From: Myxococcales bacterium
GTDB lineage: Bacteria; Myxococcota; UBA727; JABDBI01
Length of the DNA stretch: 64,000 bases
NCBI GenBank assembly: GCA_023248545.1
Contig: JAHFEF010000011.1
Coordinates: 162-64,161, forward strand
Direction of reading: 5' to 3'
Shown: positions 29,172 to 38,811 of the stretch, one piece after another
How the letters are laid out: each line of letters begins with the position of its first letter
Numbering within the stretch: position 1 is the first letter of the stretch
Program-made: the position numbers and the translations under genes
The notes under the pieces: generated by a model
What the model was told of the DNA's origin: nothing
The model's database searches: none
Seen by the model: the letters and a program-made list of their open reading frames with translations, nothing else

Positions 29172-30043
29172 TGCGCGTTTTAGGCTTAGGCCTCGTGTTG
29201 ATTTTTGGGTGTTCGAGCAAAAAAGAAGCTCCCGCATCAACCACCCCAAAGCCACAAATTACTCACTTCCAAGCTGTTTCAGTAGCTGGATTAACAGCCG
29301 AGCAGCAATCTGGCTTTGTGAAGTTGGTCAATGACGAAATTTGTCCCTGCAATTGCCCACAATCTTTTGCAGCTTGTCTAGACACCTGCAAACCCGCAAC
29401 TCTTCTGGCGCGCTGGATCATTGAGCGCCTCAAAGAGGGTGTTCCTATGGAGCTCATGGCCCCTGCGCTGAGCCAAGAGATCAACTCAGGTTTTAGCTCC
29501 AATCCCCAAATCATTGATTTAGAAGGCTTCAGCTCAAAAGGCTCGGTCAAAGCTCCATTCACGGTGATCGAGTTTGCAGATTTCGAATGCGCTCATTGCA
29601 AAACAACAGCCCAGTCGCTGGATGCGTTTTTAAAAAAATATCCCAAAGAAATCAGATTGGTTTACAAACACTTTCCATTGGAAGCCCACCCCTTCGCCAA
29701 AGGCGCTGGTCTTGCTGCTGAAGCCGCCGGAATGCAAGGTAAATTCTGGCCCATGCATCAAGCGCTTTTTGAATCCAATACACCTCTGGACGGGCCCCAA
29801 ATCATGGCTCTGGCCCAAAAAATCGGGCTCAATCCAGCCCGTTTTAAGCAAGATCTCAGCAATTCTAAAGTAATCGCTCGGGTAGAGCACAGCTTAAGAG
29901 AGGGCCAACTCCTTGGAATTACAGGAACTCCAGCCCTATTTTTCAATGGTCGGCCCTATTATTTGTCTACCGATATCAAGGGGTTAGAGCTGAGACTGGC
30001 CATGGAAAAAGCACGGGCACAGGCAACTTGTGATAAACTCTAA
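29168..30043 (+). CDS. DsbA-family thiol:disulfide oxidoreductase lipoprotein with an extra N-terminal Cys-rich segment
   Basis: Lipobox LIFGCSS. Thioredoxin CxxC FECAHCK, then ...FFNGRPY. N-terminal CPCNCPQSFAACLDTCKP. Start ATG overlaps the nuoN stop. Confidence 0.75.
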   Translation: MMRVLGLGLVLIFGCSSKKEAPASTTPKPQITHFQAVSVAGLTAEQQSGFVKLVNDEICPCNCPQSFAACLDTCKPATLLARWIIERLKEGVPMELMAPALSQEINSGFSSNPQIIDLEGFSSKGSVKAPFTVIEFADFECAHCKTTAQSLDAFLKKYPKEIRLVYKHFPLEAHPFAKGAGLAAEAAGMQGKFWPMHQALFESNTPLDGPQIMALAQKIGLNPARFKQDLSNSKVIARVEHSLREGQLLGITGTPALFFNGRPYYLSTDIKGLELRLAMEKARAQATCDKL

Positions 30044-30048
30044 TATGA

Positions 30049-31992
30049 GTGAACTATTTATTTTTATTACTTATTCTAGCAATGAGCTGTGGCGATATGA
30101 GCTTGCGCCGAAAATCAGGTTCACCCACTGAGCCACCTTCCGATTTAATACAAAAATTTGCTAATTTGGTCAACCATGCCATCCATTTGGACTATACGGG
30201 TGTTCTGGAGGACTTTACAGGCGGTGAGGCACTGCCCCAGTTTGATCCAGCCCATCTTACAAAACTCGATCATTTTGTGACCGAATTACGAGAAGATAGA
30301 TCGACTCAGAACCATATTATTCTCTTGAAAAATGAGCTGCTTAAACTGGCATCGAGCGATATGAGCCTCTCGAGCACGAAGCAGGCAGAGTTTTTTGAAA
30401 CCCTCGCCAACAATCCACAAGCCATCGCACTCTTGATCCACATTCGAAATGACCTCTATGGCCCCGATGGCCAATTGCTCAAAAAGATTCTTTTGGGGGC
30501 CGCCCATGAGCCTGTCAATCGAAAAGCTTTCTTAGCTGGCCAAGACTTGGGGAGCTGTATCAAAAAATATCCAGATACCAAAGACTGGTGGCACTGCGTC
30601 ATCGCTGAACCCACACATGTCAAAACCCTCTTTTCGAGCGATGCCTACGGAACCCTGCTGCTTCGCTTCAGCCAAACTAAACTCAAACAACACCTGGATC
30701 AATTTTCAGAACTCACGGGCCAGGAAGGGCGCTTGGTGGAAAACGAGGTCATTTGGGCATCTTTGAGACTTATCTCTCTGGTCGATTACGCATCACTCAG
30801 GGGGTTCCACCAAACTGTCAAAAATCTGACTCCAGAAGACCTCAAACAAAATTTATTGACGCTCGCGAAATATCTCAAGGCTTCAGACAACGGAAAATTA
30901 GCCCAAATTGTTGCAGAGTTAGGACCCGACTTGAAAGCATTTGGTGAAGCTTTGATTAAATCCTATTCAGGAAAAACATTTGCAGAGTTAAACAGTGAAG
31001 ATTTGCATCAAATGCTGGTGGATTTGAGCTTAGTTTTGTCCAAGTATGCTCCTCCGGAAACCGGCCCTGTCATACCCTTCGAAACCCAGACTCAGGTCGA
31101 TCCACAGCGGGATATTTTCGACGAGATTCAGGATATTCAGCGACAAGCTACTCAAATCATTACAGAAACCCACATTCGCCGGCTCAGCGCTTTGATTGAA
31201 GAGCTCATGAAAGACCCTGCGAGTGAGGAAAATCTGATTCAAGTTAAAAACGCTTTTTTAGATGCTCCGCCTGAAATTCAACCTTGGTCAACCAACCGGT
31301 TGGAGCACCTCAATTCAAAAACCATTCGACTGCTCTTAAAAATCAGGGACAGCCTCTATGGGCCTGATGGGCAATTGCTCAAAGAAATTCTCTTAGGCGC
31401 TGCCAACAACCTAGATAACCGAGAGGTTTTTTTTGCGGGTCAAATCATGGGCGATTGCACCAAGCAATACCCCAAAGAAGAAGGCTGGTGGTTTCCCATG
31501 GGGCGCTGTGTCGTTCAACACCTGCATTCGGCTGTTAGCCTCTATTATTTTGCGGGTCACTATGGAACGCTGCTCATTAATTTCGCAGATACCCCACTCA
31601 AGCAACAGCTGGAAGAGTTTGCTAAGTTAACCGGACAAGACACGCGCCTAGACGCAGCCGAAGCCCGTTGGACTGCCGTCAAACTGATCAAGATCGTTGA
31701 TTATGAATCGCTTGACTGGCTGCACGAATATCTCCAAGAGATTGATTATAAGACTCTTCAAGAACTCATCCGCACACTCGTCAGCTATTTAAAAGATTCC
31801 AAATCCGGAAAGATTCAAGCACTTTTATCTGAGTTTGGCCCCAGGCTTCAAAAAGAAGGCCTGGCTCTGTTTGAATCGTTCACTGGGCAATCCCTACGCA
31901 ATCTAGATGCCCAAGGGCTCCATCAGCTGCTTGAAAAGCTGGATGCGTTCCTGCTGAATGAAGAATATGGGGCGATTACGTACCTCCGTTGA
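30049..31992 (+). CDS. lipoprotein of unknown function with an internal tandem duplication (two ~300-aa modules)
   Basis: Cys-containing lipobox-like N-terminus LILAMSCG. The two halves share the blocks L(I/L)(H/K)IR(N/D)(D/S)LYGPDGQLLK(K/E)ILLGAA ... FLAGQ.(L/M)G.C.K.YP...WW. Confidence 0.6.
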   Translation: MNYLFLLLILAMSCGDMSLRRKSGSPTEPPSDLIQKFANLVNHAIHLDYTGVLEDFTGGEALPQFDPAHLTKLDHFVTELREDRSTQNHIILLKNELLKLASSDMSLSSTKQAEFFETLANNPQAIALLIHIRNDLYGPDGQLLKKILLGAAHEPVNRKAFLAGQDLGSCIKKYPDTKDWWHCVIAEPTHVKTLFSSDAYGTLLLRFSQTKLKQHLDQFSELTGQEGRLVENEVIWASLRLISLVDYASLRGFHQTVKNLTPEDLKQNLLTLAKYLKASDNGKLAQIVAELGPDLKAFGEALIKSYSGKTFAELNSEDLHQMLVDLSLVLSKYAPPETGPVIPFETQTQVDPQRDIFDEIQDIQRQATQIITETHIRRLSALIEELMKDPASEENLIQVKNAFLDAPPEIQPWSTNRLEHLNSKTIRLLLKIRDSLYGPDGQLLKEILLGAANNLDNREVFFAGQIMGDCTKQYPKEEGWWFPMGRCVVQHLHSAVSLYYFAGHYGTLLINFADTPLKQQLEEFAKLTGQDTRLDAAEARWTAVKLIKIVDYESLDWLHEYLQEIDYKTLQELIRTLVSYLKDSKSGKIQALLSEFGPRLQKEGLALFESFTGQSLRNLDAQGLHQLLEKLDAFLLNEEYGAITYLR

Positions 31993-32025
31993 CACCCCTG
32001 GCCGGCATTGTATAGTCGGCCTTGA

Positions 32026-33162
32026 ATGAATTTAAATAGCGTATTATGCGGTTATTTATTATTGAGTTTTATTGGTTGCGGCTCTGCTCAACCAGAGCAA
32101 CCTGAGAACCAGACTGCTCAATCATACTCAAAATCGCCCGATGCAACCAAACGTCAAAGAGTCAAAGAGCCAGAGTTTTTGGCGCTGATACGAGAATTCG
32201 CCCAGGAGCTTCGCGCCTCAGGGATAATAGGTTCGACGAACACGCTGGATGTCTGGGGTCTTATGGAAGACTTTCACGAGACGGCCATGCTGGTGTTGAC
32301 CGAACAAAACGTTCATCGATTGGATGCTTTTATCACCGAGCTTTCCAACGATGAAGCTGGCCTGGAAAATATCATCGCTGTTAAAAATGCCTTTCTGGAA
32401 CCTTCCAACGAAGGCACCTGCCTGTACCCTGCCGGACAGGCAGCTTTCCTAGAAAAACTAGCCACTCCAGAGGGTATCGAACTCATTTTGACGATTCGAG
32501 ATGGACTGTATGGGTCTGATGGGCAGCTGCTGAAAGAAATCCTGTTATGGGCATCTCAGGACGAATTCAATAAATCTGACTTTTTAGCTGGTCAAATCCT
32601 TGGGAAATGCATCGATGAATATCTGGATACGTATGGCAATGAAACTCAGAATTGGTGGATATCACCGGAGCACCACTGCGCCAGCCAGCATCTAGCTGGT
32701 GTCTTCATGATCTCGCTCCGTGGTCAATCAACAAATCTAAGAAAATTGGGGGCCACCACGCTCAAACAGAATTTACGAAAATTAGCGAAGTTCATAGGTG
32801 AAGAGGGTGATCTCGATGACAAAGAGTTAACTTGGGCAATGCTCAAACTCATACCGGTTATGGACTATCAATCTCTTGATTTTTTACGTGATCTCGTAAA
32901 AAACCTGACAGCGAAGCAACTCCAAGACTATTTGTTAAAACTGGCCATATATTTGAGAGAACCAAGCCAGGAGAAATTTCAAATATTGCTTTCGAAATCA
33001 GAAGAAAACATCCACAGGCTCGTCCCAGAATTATTTGAATATTACACAAACATGTCCTTAAAAAATCTAGATAAAAACCAGCTTCGTGAGCTTCTAAGAC
33101 AGCTTGGCTCCCATAAAAAATCCGCGCTCTTGTTTGTAGAACAAGCCACATACAGAGAGTAG
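32026..33162 (+). CDS. paralogous lipoprotein (single copy of the same ~300-aa module)
   Basis: Signal/lipobox LLSFIGCGS. Contains ILTIRDGLYGSDGQLLKEILLWAS...FLAGQILGKCIDEY...NWW. Confidence 0.6.
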   Translation: MNLNSVLCGYLLLSFIGCGSAQPEQPENQTAQSYSKSPDATKRQRVKEPEFLALIREFAQELRASGIIGSTNTLDVWGLMEDFHETAMLVLTEQNVHRLDAFITELSNDEAGLENIIAVKNAFLEPSNEGTCLYPAGQAAFLEKLATPEGIELILTIRDGLYGSDGQLLKEILLWASQDEFNKSDFLAGQILGKCIDEYLDTYGNETQNWWISPEHHCASQHLAGVFMISLRGQSTNLRKLGATTLKQNLRKLAKFIGEEGDLDDKELTWAMLKLIPVMDYQSLDFLRDLVKNLTAKQLQDYLLKLAIYLREPSQEKFQILLSKSEENIHRLVPELFEYYTNMSLKNLDKNQLRELLRQLGSHKKSALLFVEQATYRE

Positions 33163-33168
33163 AAAAAT

Positions 33169-34161
33169 ATGACCGTGAAATTAAAATATTATATAGCTCT
33201 TGTTGTTTTGTTGGCCGGTTGCGGTGATGCCAAGTTTAGCAAACTCGATAAGCCCACCAAAAGCGCTGAAGATTCTATCCTGGAAGGTGTCAAGAAGACA
33301 GCAGCCTCTGCTTACCAATGCAAAGAACAAAGACTCGCTTTGATTCATGAGAACGAAGGCTTGGTCAGAAGTTTGATCACACAATTTAAGAACACGTTGC
33401 CAAAAAACGACGGAAATGTGCCGAAAATAGATCTCAAGCCTTTGGCAGAACAATACTACGAACGTGCTCCAGATGCTGACTTGGTGGATGATATTTGCGG
33501 GATTTTAACCAGCCAGGGTTTTAAAACGGTCCTCCAAGAAACCGCTGAATTGATTGAACAAGTCGCCAATAACAACAATGTCATGGCCAACATCATGGGT
33601 ATCCACAACTCATTAGGCAAAAAACCAGGTGACAAGATTGCCGAAATGGTTTCGATGCTTGCCGAAGATGCTTCCAAAAGAGACATGTTATTTGGCGTAG
33701 CCAAAACTGCGCTATGCGAGAGTGCTTCGAATGAGAATATTGTGGACGCTTTAATGTCCTACAGCGTTTTATTGGAACTGGGTCAAAACGCCCTGTTTCT
33801 GATAGGTAGCCCTGTCAAAAAGCACGCAAAATCGTTATACAACACGAAGATCGCCATACCGGAAAATCTCAAGAAATTCGTCATGTTGGCCCAGGGTATC
33901 GCGCCTAAACAAGATTTCTGTTCTATGGAAAACTTGGACGCTTATCAGAAGCATTTTCAGCTGGCCGCAACCTTGTTGAAAGCCCCAGAAAATCCTGAAC
34001 AACCGAGACCCCTACGAACTCTGCTCAATACGACCATGAGATTGTATACCATGGCAGACACGAATGAGTGCAAAGGGTTATCCTATGATAGTATCCAACA
34101 AGAGGATCTTCAGGAAACGCTCTTCAGGCTCGCAAGAATCGTCAGAAAATCCTTACTCTAA
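33169..34161 (+). CDS. lipoprotein, unknown function
   Basis: Lipobox LLAGCGD. 330 aa, helical. No similarity by eye to the two upstream paralogues. Confidence 0.55.
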   Translation: MTVKLKYYIALVVLLAGCGDAKFSKLDKPTKSAEDSILEGVKKTAASAYQCKEQRLALIHENEGLVRSLITQFKNTLPKNDGNVPKIDLKPLAEQYYERAPDADLVDDICGILTSQGFKTVLQETAELIEQVANNNNVMANIMGIHNSLGKKPGDKIAEMVSMLAEDASKRDMLFGVAKTALCESASNENIVDALMSYSVLLELGQNALFLIGSPVKKHAKSLYNTKIAIPENLKKFVMLAQGIAPKQDFCSMENLDAYQKHFQLAATLLKAPENPEQPRPLRTLLNTTMRLYTMADTNECKGLSYDSIQQEDLQETLFRLARIVRKSLL

Positions 34162-34599
34162 TGCAGCTATCTTCTGAAGTCGCTTCAGGTGCCTTGCTTC
34201 TTGCGATTCTTTCGCCTCCAAATAAGCCATCGCCAGATCTTTGGCCAGCTCGATCCCAATCACACGTGCCCCGAGTACCAAGACGTTCATGTGGTCATGT
34301 TCGACACCCTGGTGCGCCGAGTAAAAATCATGACACACAGCCGCCCGAATGCCCTTCTGTTTGTTCGCTGCAATGCTGGCTCCGACACCACTGCCGCAGA
34401 GCAAGATTCCCCGTTCAGCCTGTTTTCCAATAATTGCTTGGCCAATTTTTTCGGCGTAATCGGGGTAATCAACAGGCTCGGTGCTGTGCGTTCCGAGATC
34501 CAAAATTTCGTAACGATCTTGTAAGAACGCTTTGAGTGTTTCTTTGAGGTCAAACGCTGCGTGATCACACGCGAGTGCTATTTTTCTTAATTTGCTCAT
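34153..34599 (-). CDS. rpiB: ribose-5-phosphate isomerase B
   Basis: MSKLRKIALACDHAAF...GILLCGSGVGASIAANK aligns with E. coli RpiB MKKIAFGCDH...GILICGTGVGISIAANK. Confidence 0.85.
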   Translation of the reverse strand: MSKLRKIALACDHAAFDLKETLKAFLQDRYEILDLGTHSTEPVDYPDYAEKIGQAIIGKQAERGILLCGSGVGASIAANKQKGIRAAVCHDFYSAHQGVEHDHMNVLVLGARVIGIELAKDLAMAYLEAKESQEARHLKRLQKIAALE

Positions 34600-36568
34600 G
34601 AGCTGCCTCTCTAATATGTTCGGCCGTAAAACCAAAATGCTTTTGCAATACTCCATACGGGGCTGATTGCCCAAAATCATGCATGCCTATTACGGCGCCG
34701 TTCATGCCGACATAGCGTTCCCAGCCCAAGGTGCTTCCTGCTTCTACCGCGATGCGGGCATGAATAGCTGGCGGCAATATTGAGTCTTGATAAGCTTGTG
34801 TCTGCCGGGCAAATAACTCCCAAGAGGGCATGCTGATCACGCGGGCCGCAATGCCATCTTTCTTAAGTTGCTCGTAGGCTTCTAAACACAAATACACTTC
34901 GCTGCCGGTTCCGATAATTAAAACCTGCGGGTTACTGGAATCTGCTAAAATATATGCGCCTTGGGCCAGGCCTTTGGCAGCACCTAAATTAGACCGATTG
35001 AAGGTTGGCAAGTTTTGCCGGGTGAGCATCAAAGCAACAGGCCCTGATTCTTGCATCAAGACACGCCAAGCTTCTGTCACCTCGTTGGCATCGGCAGGTC
35101 TCAAAACAACCATGTGTGGGATTGCACGCATGGCCATGAGATGTTCTATGGGTTGATGCGTCGGGCCGTCTTCGCCCACCCCAATCGAATCGTGTGTGAA
35201 AATATAGACGGCATGCGTATGCATCAGTGCTGAGAGTCTCAGGCTGGGTTTTAAATAGTCAAAAAAAGTGAAGAACGTCGAGCCATAAGGCCGCATTTTT
35301 GATACGCTGAGGCCATTTAACACGGCGCCCATGGCATGTTCTCGAATTCCAAAATGTAAGTTTCGGGCACCCAGATTTCCGGCTTCCACAGAAGGTTCTT
35401 TGTCAATGAGCGTCTTGGTCGACGGTGCCAAATCAGCGGAGCCACCCAGTAACCAAGGAACTTTTTTGGCAATGGCGTTTAAGACTTTCGAAGATGCGAC
35501 ACGGCCGGCCATGCCCTTTAAGTCGGCTTCAAATACAGGAAGCTCGGCGTCCCAGCCTGCCGGTAGCTCGCCAGCTTGCATGTGCAACAGCTGTTTGGCG
35601 AGCTCGGGGTAAGCAGCCTGGTAGACTTTGAATTTGTCCTGCCAGGCATTGAACAAGCCCTGGCCACGGGCGCCGATGCCGGCTTTGAAATCTTCAAATA
35701 CACCCTCGGGTACTAAAAATTGCGCATCTTCGGGCCAGCCATAGAATTTTTTAGCCAACTTAACTTCATCGGCGCCGAGGGGTTCGCCATGCGCTGACGC
35801 GGTGTCTTGCTTATTGGGGGCGCCGTAACCAATGTGACTGTCTAGAACGATCAAGCTCGGCTTTTTTTGTTGCTTGGCAGCGTTGAGCGCCTGCTCAATA
35901 CCCATCAAATCATTGGCATCAGTAACATGCTGCACGAACCAGCCGTAGGCTTTGAATCTGTCGGCTGTATTTTCGCTGAAAGCCAAGTGGGTAGAGCCTT
36001 CGATTGTGATGTGATTGTTATCATAGATCCAGCACAAATTGGGCAGCTGTAAATGTCCAGCCAGCGAAGCGGCTTCGGAGCTGATGCCCTCCATCATGCA
36101 ACCGTCGCCGCAAATGGCATACACACGGTAGTCAATAATCTCATGACCCGGCTTGTTAAAATGGTTGGCCTGCCACTGACTGGCGAGTGCGATTCCGACG
36201 CTGTTGGCCAAGCCTTGACCGAGTGGCCCTGTCGTGACTTCGACACCGGCCGTGTGACCATATTCCGGGTGTCCTGGGCACTTGCTGCCGAGCTGTCTGA
36301 AAGCTTTGATGTCGTCTAGAGTCACGCTGTTTTTGACTTGAGTTAAGTATAACAGGGCATAGAGCAGCATCGATGCATGGCCATTGGACAAAACAAACCT
36401 ATCTCGATTGAACCAAGTTGGGTTCTGCGGATCAGTGCGCAAGATTTTTTGCCACAGTGTATAAGCCACTGGGGCGAGGGCCATGGGTGTGCCGGGGTGA
36501 CCTGAATTGGCTTTCTGGACGGCGTCCATGGACAGAGTTCGAATCGTATTGATGCTTAAGTTCGTCAT
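34565..36568 (-). CDS. tkt: transketolase
   Basis: N-terminal SGHPGTPMALAP (ThDP) and GDGCMMEGIS motifs. 667 aa. Confidence 0.95.
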   Translation of the reverse strand: MTNLSINTIRTLSMDAVQKANSGHPGTPMALAPVAYTLWQKILRTDPQNPTWFNRDRFVLSNGHASMLLYALLYLTQVKNSVTLDDIKAFRQLGSKCPGHPEYGHTAGVEVTTGPLGQGLANSVGIALASQWQANHFNKPGHEIIDYRVYAICGDGCMMEGISSEAASLAGHLQLPNLCWIYDNNHITIEGSTHLAFSENTADRFKAYGWFVQHVTDANDLMGIEQALNAAKQQKKPSLIVLDSHIGYGAPNKQDTASAHGEPLGADEVKLAKKFYGWPEDAQFLVPEGVFEDFKAGIGARGQGLFNAWQDKFKVYQAAYPELAKQLLHMQAGELPAGWDAELPVFEADLKGMAGRVASSKVLNAIAKKVPWLLGGSADLAPSTKTLIDKEPSVEAGNLGARNLHFGIREHAMGAVLNGLSVSKMRPYGSTFFTFFDYLKPSLRLSALMHTHAVYIFTHDSIGVGEDGPTHQPIEHLMAMRAIPHMVVLRPADANEVTEAWRVLMQESGPVALMLTRQNLPTFNRSNLGAAKGLAQGAYILADSSNPQVLIIGTGSEVYLCLEAYEQLKKDGIAARVISMPSWELFARQTQAYQDSILPPAIHARIAVEAGSTLGWERYVGMNGAVIGMHDFGQSAPYGVLQKHFGFTAEHIREAAHEQIKKNSTRV

Positions 36569-37623
36569 ATAATGCTTCTCTTGGCTCGATAGTTTGCCTC
36601 ATCATATTCGGTTTCTAATTTTACACAACGGATAGGTCCACGGACCAGAGAAAGATTTTTGAGCACGACTTTGCCATCTGAAAAAGACACGAGCTGCCCG
36701 TATTGCTTGGCCAACACAGCTTGAACTGAGGCGACGCCAAAAGCAAATCCCATGCGGCGATCATAAGCAACCGGCGCGCCACCCCGTTGCAAATGGCTTA
36801 AATTAACGGACCGGCATTCTAAGTTGCCCTGTTTGGCGATAGAATCTGCCAGATATTCTCCAATGCCGCCGAGCCTGATATGTCCAAACGCGTCTTTTTC
36901 TCGTCCAGCGAGATTTTCTTGTTGGCCTACCGCTTTGGCGCCTTCAGCGACCACAACAATGCTATATCGATTGCCCTGTTTCTTGCGTTCTTGCAGCAAA
37001 CTCACCACGCGGTCAATTTCGAAGTCATATTCTGGGATTAAAATCACTTGGGCACCCGCCGCAATGCCGCCTTGTAACGCCAAGTGCCCAGCATGACGAC
37101 CCATAACTTCCACGACGAATATTCTGGCGTGTGATTCGGCGGTGCTACGCAGTCTGTCAATGCTTTCCATGATGACATGCAGGGCGCTTTCGAACCCGAG
37201 CGTGTAGTCAGTACCGGGCAGATCAAAATCGATGGTTTTAGGGACGCCCATGACGGCCAGCTTTTCTTCATCGAATAATCGCGCTGCAACACCCAGCGTA
37301 TCTTCACCGCCAATGGCAATCAGGGCTTCAAGCTTAAGCTTTTGCCAATTAGTTTTGAGTTGTTCAATACCGTGGTCGAGTTTGTACGGGTTGGTTCGGG
37401 AGGTGCCTAAAATAGTTCCCCCTTGGCGATCAATATGGCAAACCTGTTTTGAATCCAGTGAGATAGATTGTGGAGCTGGAGCACTGAGGCCTTTCCAGCC
37501 ATCTTGAATACCCAAAACTTGATAGCCGAATTCTTCGGCCATTTGTGTGATGGCCTTGATGGCTGGGTTTAAACCTGGGCAGTCGCCGCCGCCGGTGAGA
37601 ATTCCGACAAATTTTGTTTGCAT
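36565..37623 (-). CDS. pfk: 6-phosphofructokinase, PfkA family, with pyrophosphate-dependent-type substitutions
   Basis: GILTGGGDCPGLN. The residues equivalent to E. coli Gly104/Gly124 read GGEDT and PKTIDFD (Asp and Lys), as in PPi-PFKs. Confidence 0.85.
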   Translation of the reverse strand: MQTKFVGILTGGGDCPGLNPAIKAITQMAEEFGYQVLGIQDGWKGLSAPAPQSISLDSKQVCHIDRQGGTILGTSRTNPYKLDHGIEQLKTNWQKLKLEALIAIGGEDTLGVAARLFDEEKLAVMGVPKTIDFDLPGTDYTLGFESALHVIMESIDRLRSTAESHARIFVVEVMGRHAGHLALQGGIAAGAQVILIPEYDFEIDRVVSLLQERKKQGNRYSIVVVAEGAKAVGQQENLAGREKDAFGHIRLGGIGEYLADSIAKQGNLECRSVNLSHLQRGGAPVAYDRRMGFAFGVASVQAVLAKQYGQLVSFSDGKVVLKNLSLVRGPIRCVKLETEYDEANYRAKRSII

Positions 37624-37653
37624 GAGTGACTCCTAACATGCGACCAATAAGTT

Positions 37654-38340
37654 ATGCCAGTGACTTTAGCCATTGATATCGGTGGAAGCGGTATCAAAAT
37701 GATGAAAATTAATGAGCGCGATAAACCGGTTGGGGAACGCACCAAAAAAGCAACGCCAAGGCCAGCAACGCCGCTTGCTGTGGTCAAATGCATCAAATCG
37801 ATGTTGCCTGAACAGGGCAAGTTTGATCGTGTGTCAGTTGGATTCCCAGGGGTCGTCCACGAGGGCGTGATCAAAACCGCGCCTAATTTAGACGGCGAAT
37901 GGGCCGATTTTAACTTGCAAAAAGCCCTCACGAAAATTACCAAAAAGCCCACGCGTGTGGCCAATGACGCCGATATTCAAGGCTATGGGCTGGTCAGTGG
38001 CAAGGGCTTAGAGATGATAATTACCCTGGGAACGGGAATGGGCGCGGCGCTGTTTATCAACGGCCAACTGGTTCCAAATCTCGAGTTGGGCCATCATCCG
38101 TTTAAAGGCAAAAAGACTTACGAAGATTTGCTGGGCAAGAAAGGCCTGCAAAAAAATGGTGCCAAAAAATGGAATGCTCATCTTCATGAAGCGATCTCGC
38201 TCATGCGGCAGATCTTTAATTTTGACCGGCTTTATATTGGTGGCGGTAACGCCGAGAGAATTAGCTTTAAGCCAGGCCCAGATGTCATCCTGGCTCACAA
38301 TATTGCTGGCTTATTAGGCGGCTTGAAGCTTTGGAGGTAG
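37654..38340 (+). CDS. ppgK: ROK-family glucokinase, polyphosphate/ATP glucokinase (PpgK)-like
   Basis: N-terminal IDIGGSGIK and a central ...ANDADIQGYG... ROK pattern. 228 aa. Divergent from pfk with a 30-bp gap. Confidence 0.65.
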   Translation: MPVTLAIDIGGSGIKMMKINERDKPVGERTKKATPRPATPLAVVKCIKSMLPEQGKFDRVSVGFPGVVHEGVIKTAPNLDGEWADFNLQKALTKITKKPTRVANDADIQGYGLVSGKGLEMIITLGTGMGAALFINGQLVPNLELGHHPFKGKKTYEDLLGKKGLQKNGAKKWNAHLHEAISLMRQIFNFDRLYIGGGNAERISFKPGPDVILAHNIAGLLGGLKLWR

Positions 38341-38394
38341 ACGCAATTGATCTGCGCAGCCACTTTGCCGTAGAATCCCAATACGGGGGTTCTT

Positions 38395-38811
38395 GTGCGC
38401 AAACTCATACTGATTTTAGGCTTCCTGAGCATACCGGCCTATGCGACATTGGGCCAACATGTGAGTTCGATCGATGGCGATCGAAAATTTTTCAGTCACC
38501 CCCTCTATTCCGTTCATGAAATCTCGGACCCATACACGAATATTCGGGAATATGTGGCCAATGGGATTGTTTTTGCCGTGAGCTGGACGGGCCAAATACA
38601 CCCAGATTTAGCACAGCTCTTCGGGACTTATTATCAGAATTACCACGAGGCTTTTCTGCGGACCAAAAGAATCAAGGGGCAACGCTCACATGGGCGTGTA
38701 CAGGGCAAAGACCTCGTTGTTGAACAATGGGGGCATATGAGATGGATGCAAGGAATGGCTTACATACCCTCGTTGCTGCCCATTGGAATGACACCCAATG
38801 AAATTAAATAA
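38395..38811 (+). CDS. secreted protein, unknown function
   Basis: Signal peptide MRKLILILGFLSIPAYA. Confidence 0.5.
   Translation: MRKLILILGFLSIPAYATLGQHVSSIDGDRKFFSHPLYSVHEISDPYTNIREYVANGIVFAVSWTGQIHPDLAQLFGTYYQNYHEAFLRTKRIKGQRSHGRVQGKDLVVEQWGHMRWMQGMAYIPSLLPIGMTPNEIK

Noticed and set aside
34161-34524. ORFs 34161-34433 and 34189-34524 (+) opposite rpiB
   Set aside because: Antisense to a well-conserved rpiB; Pro/Arg-rich translation typical of a wrong frame.
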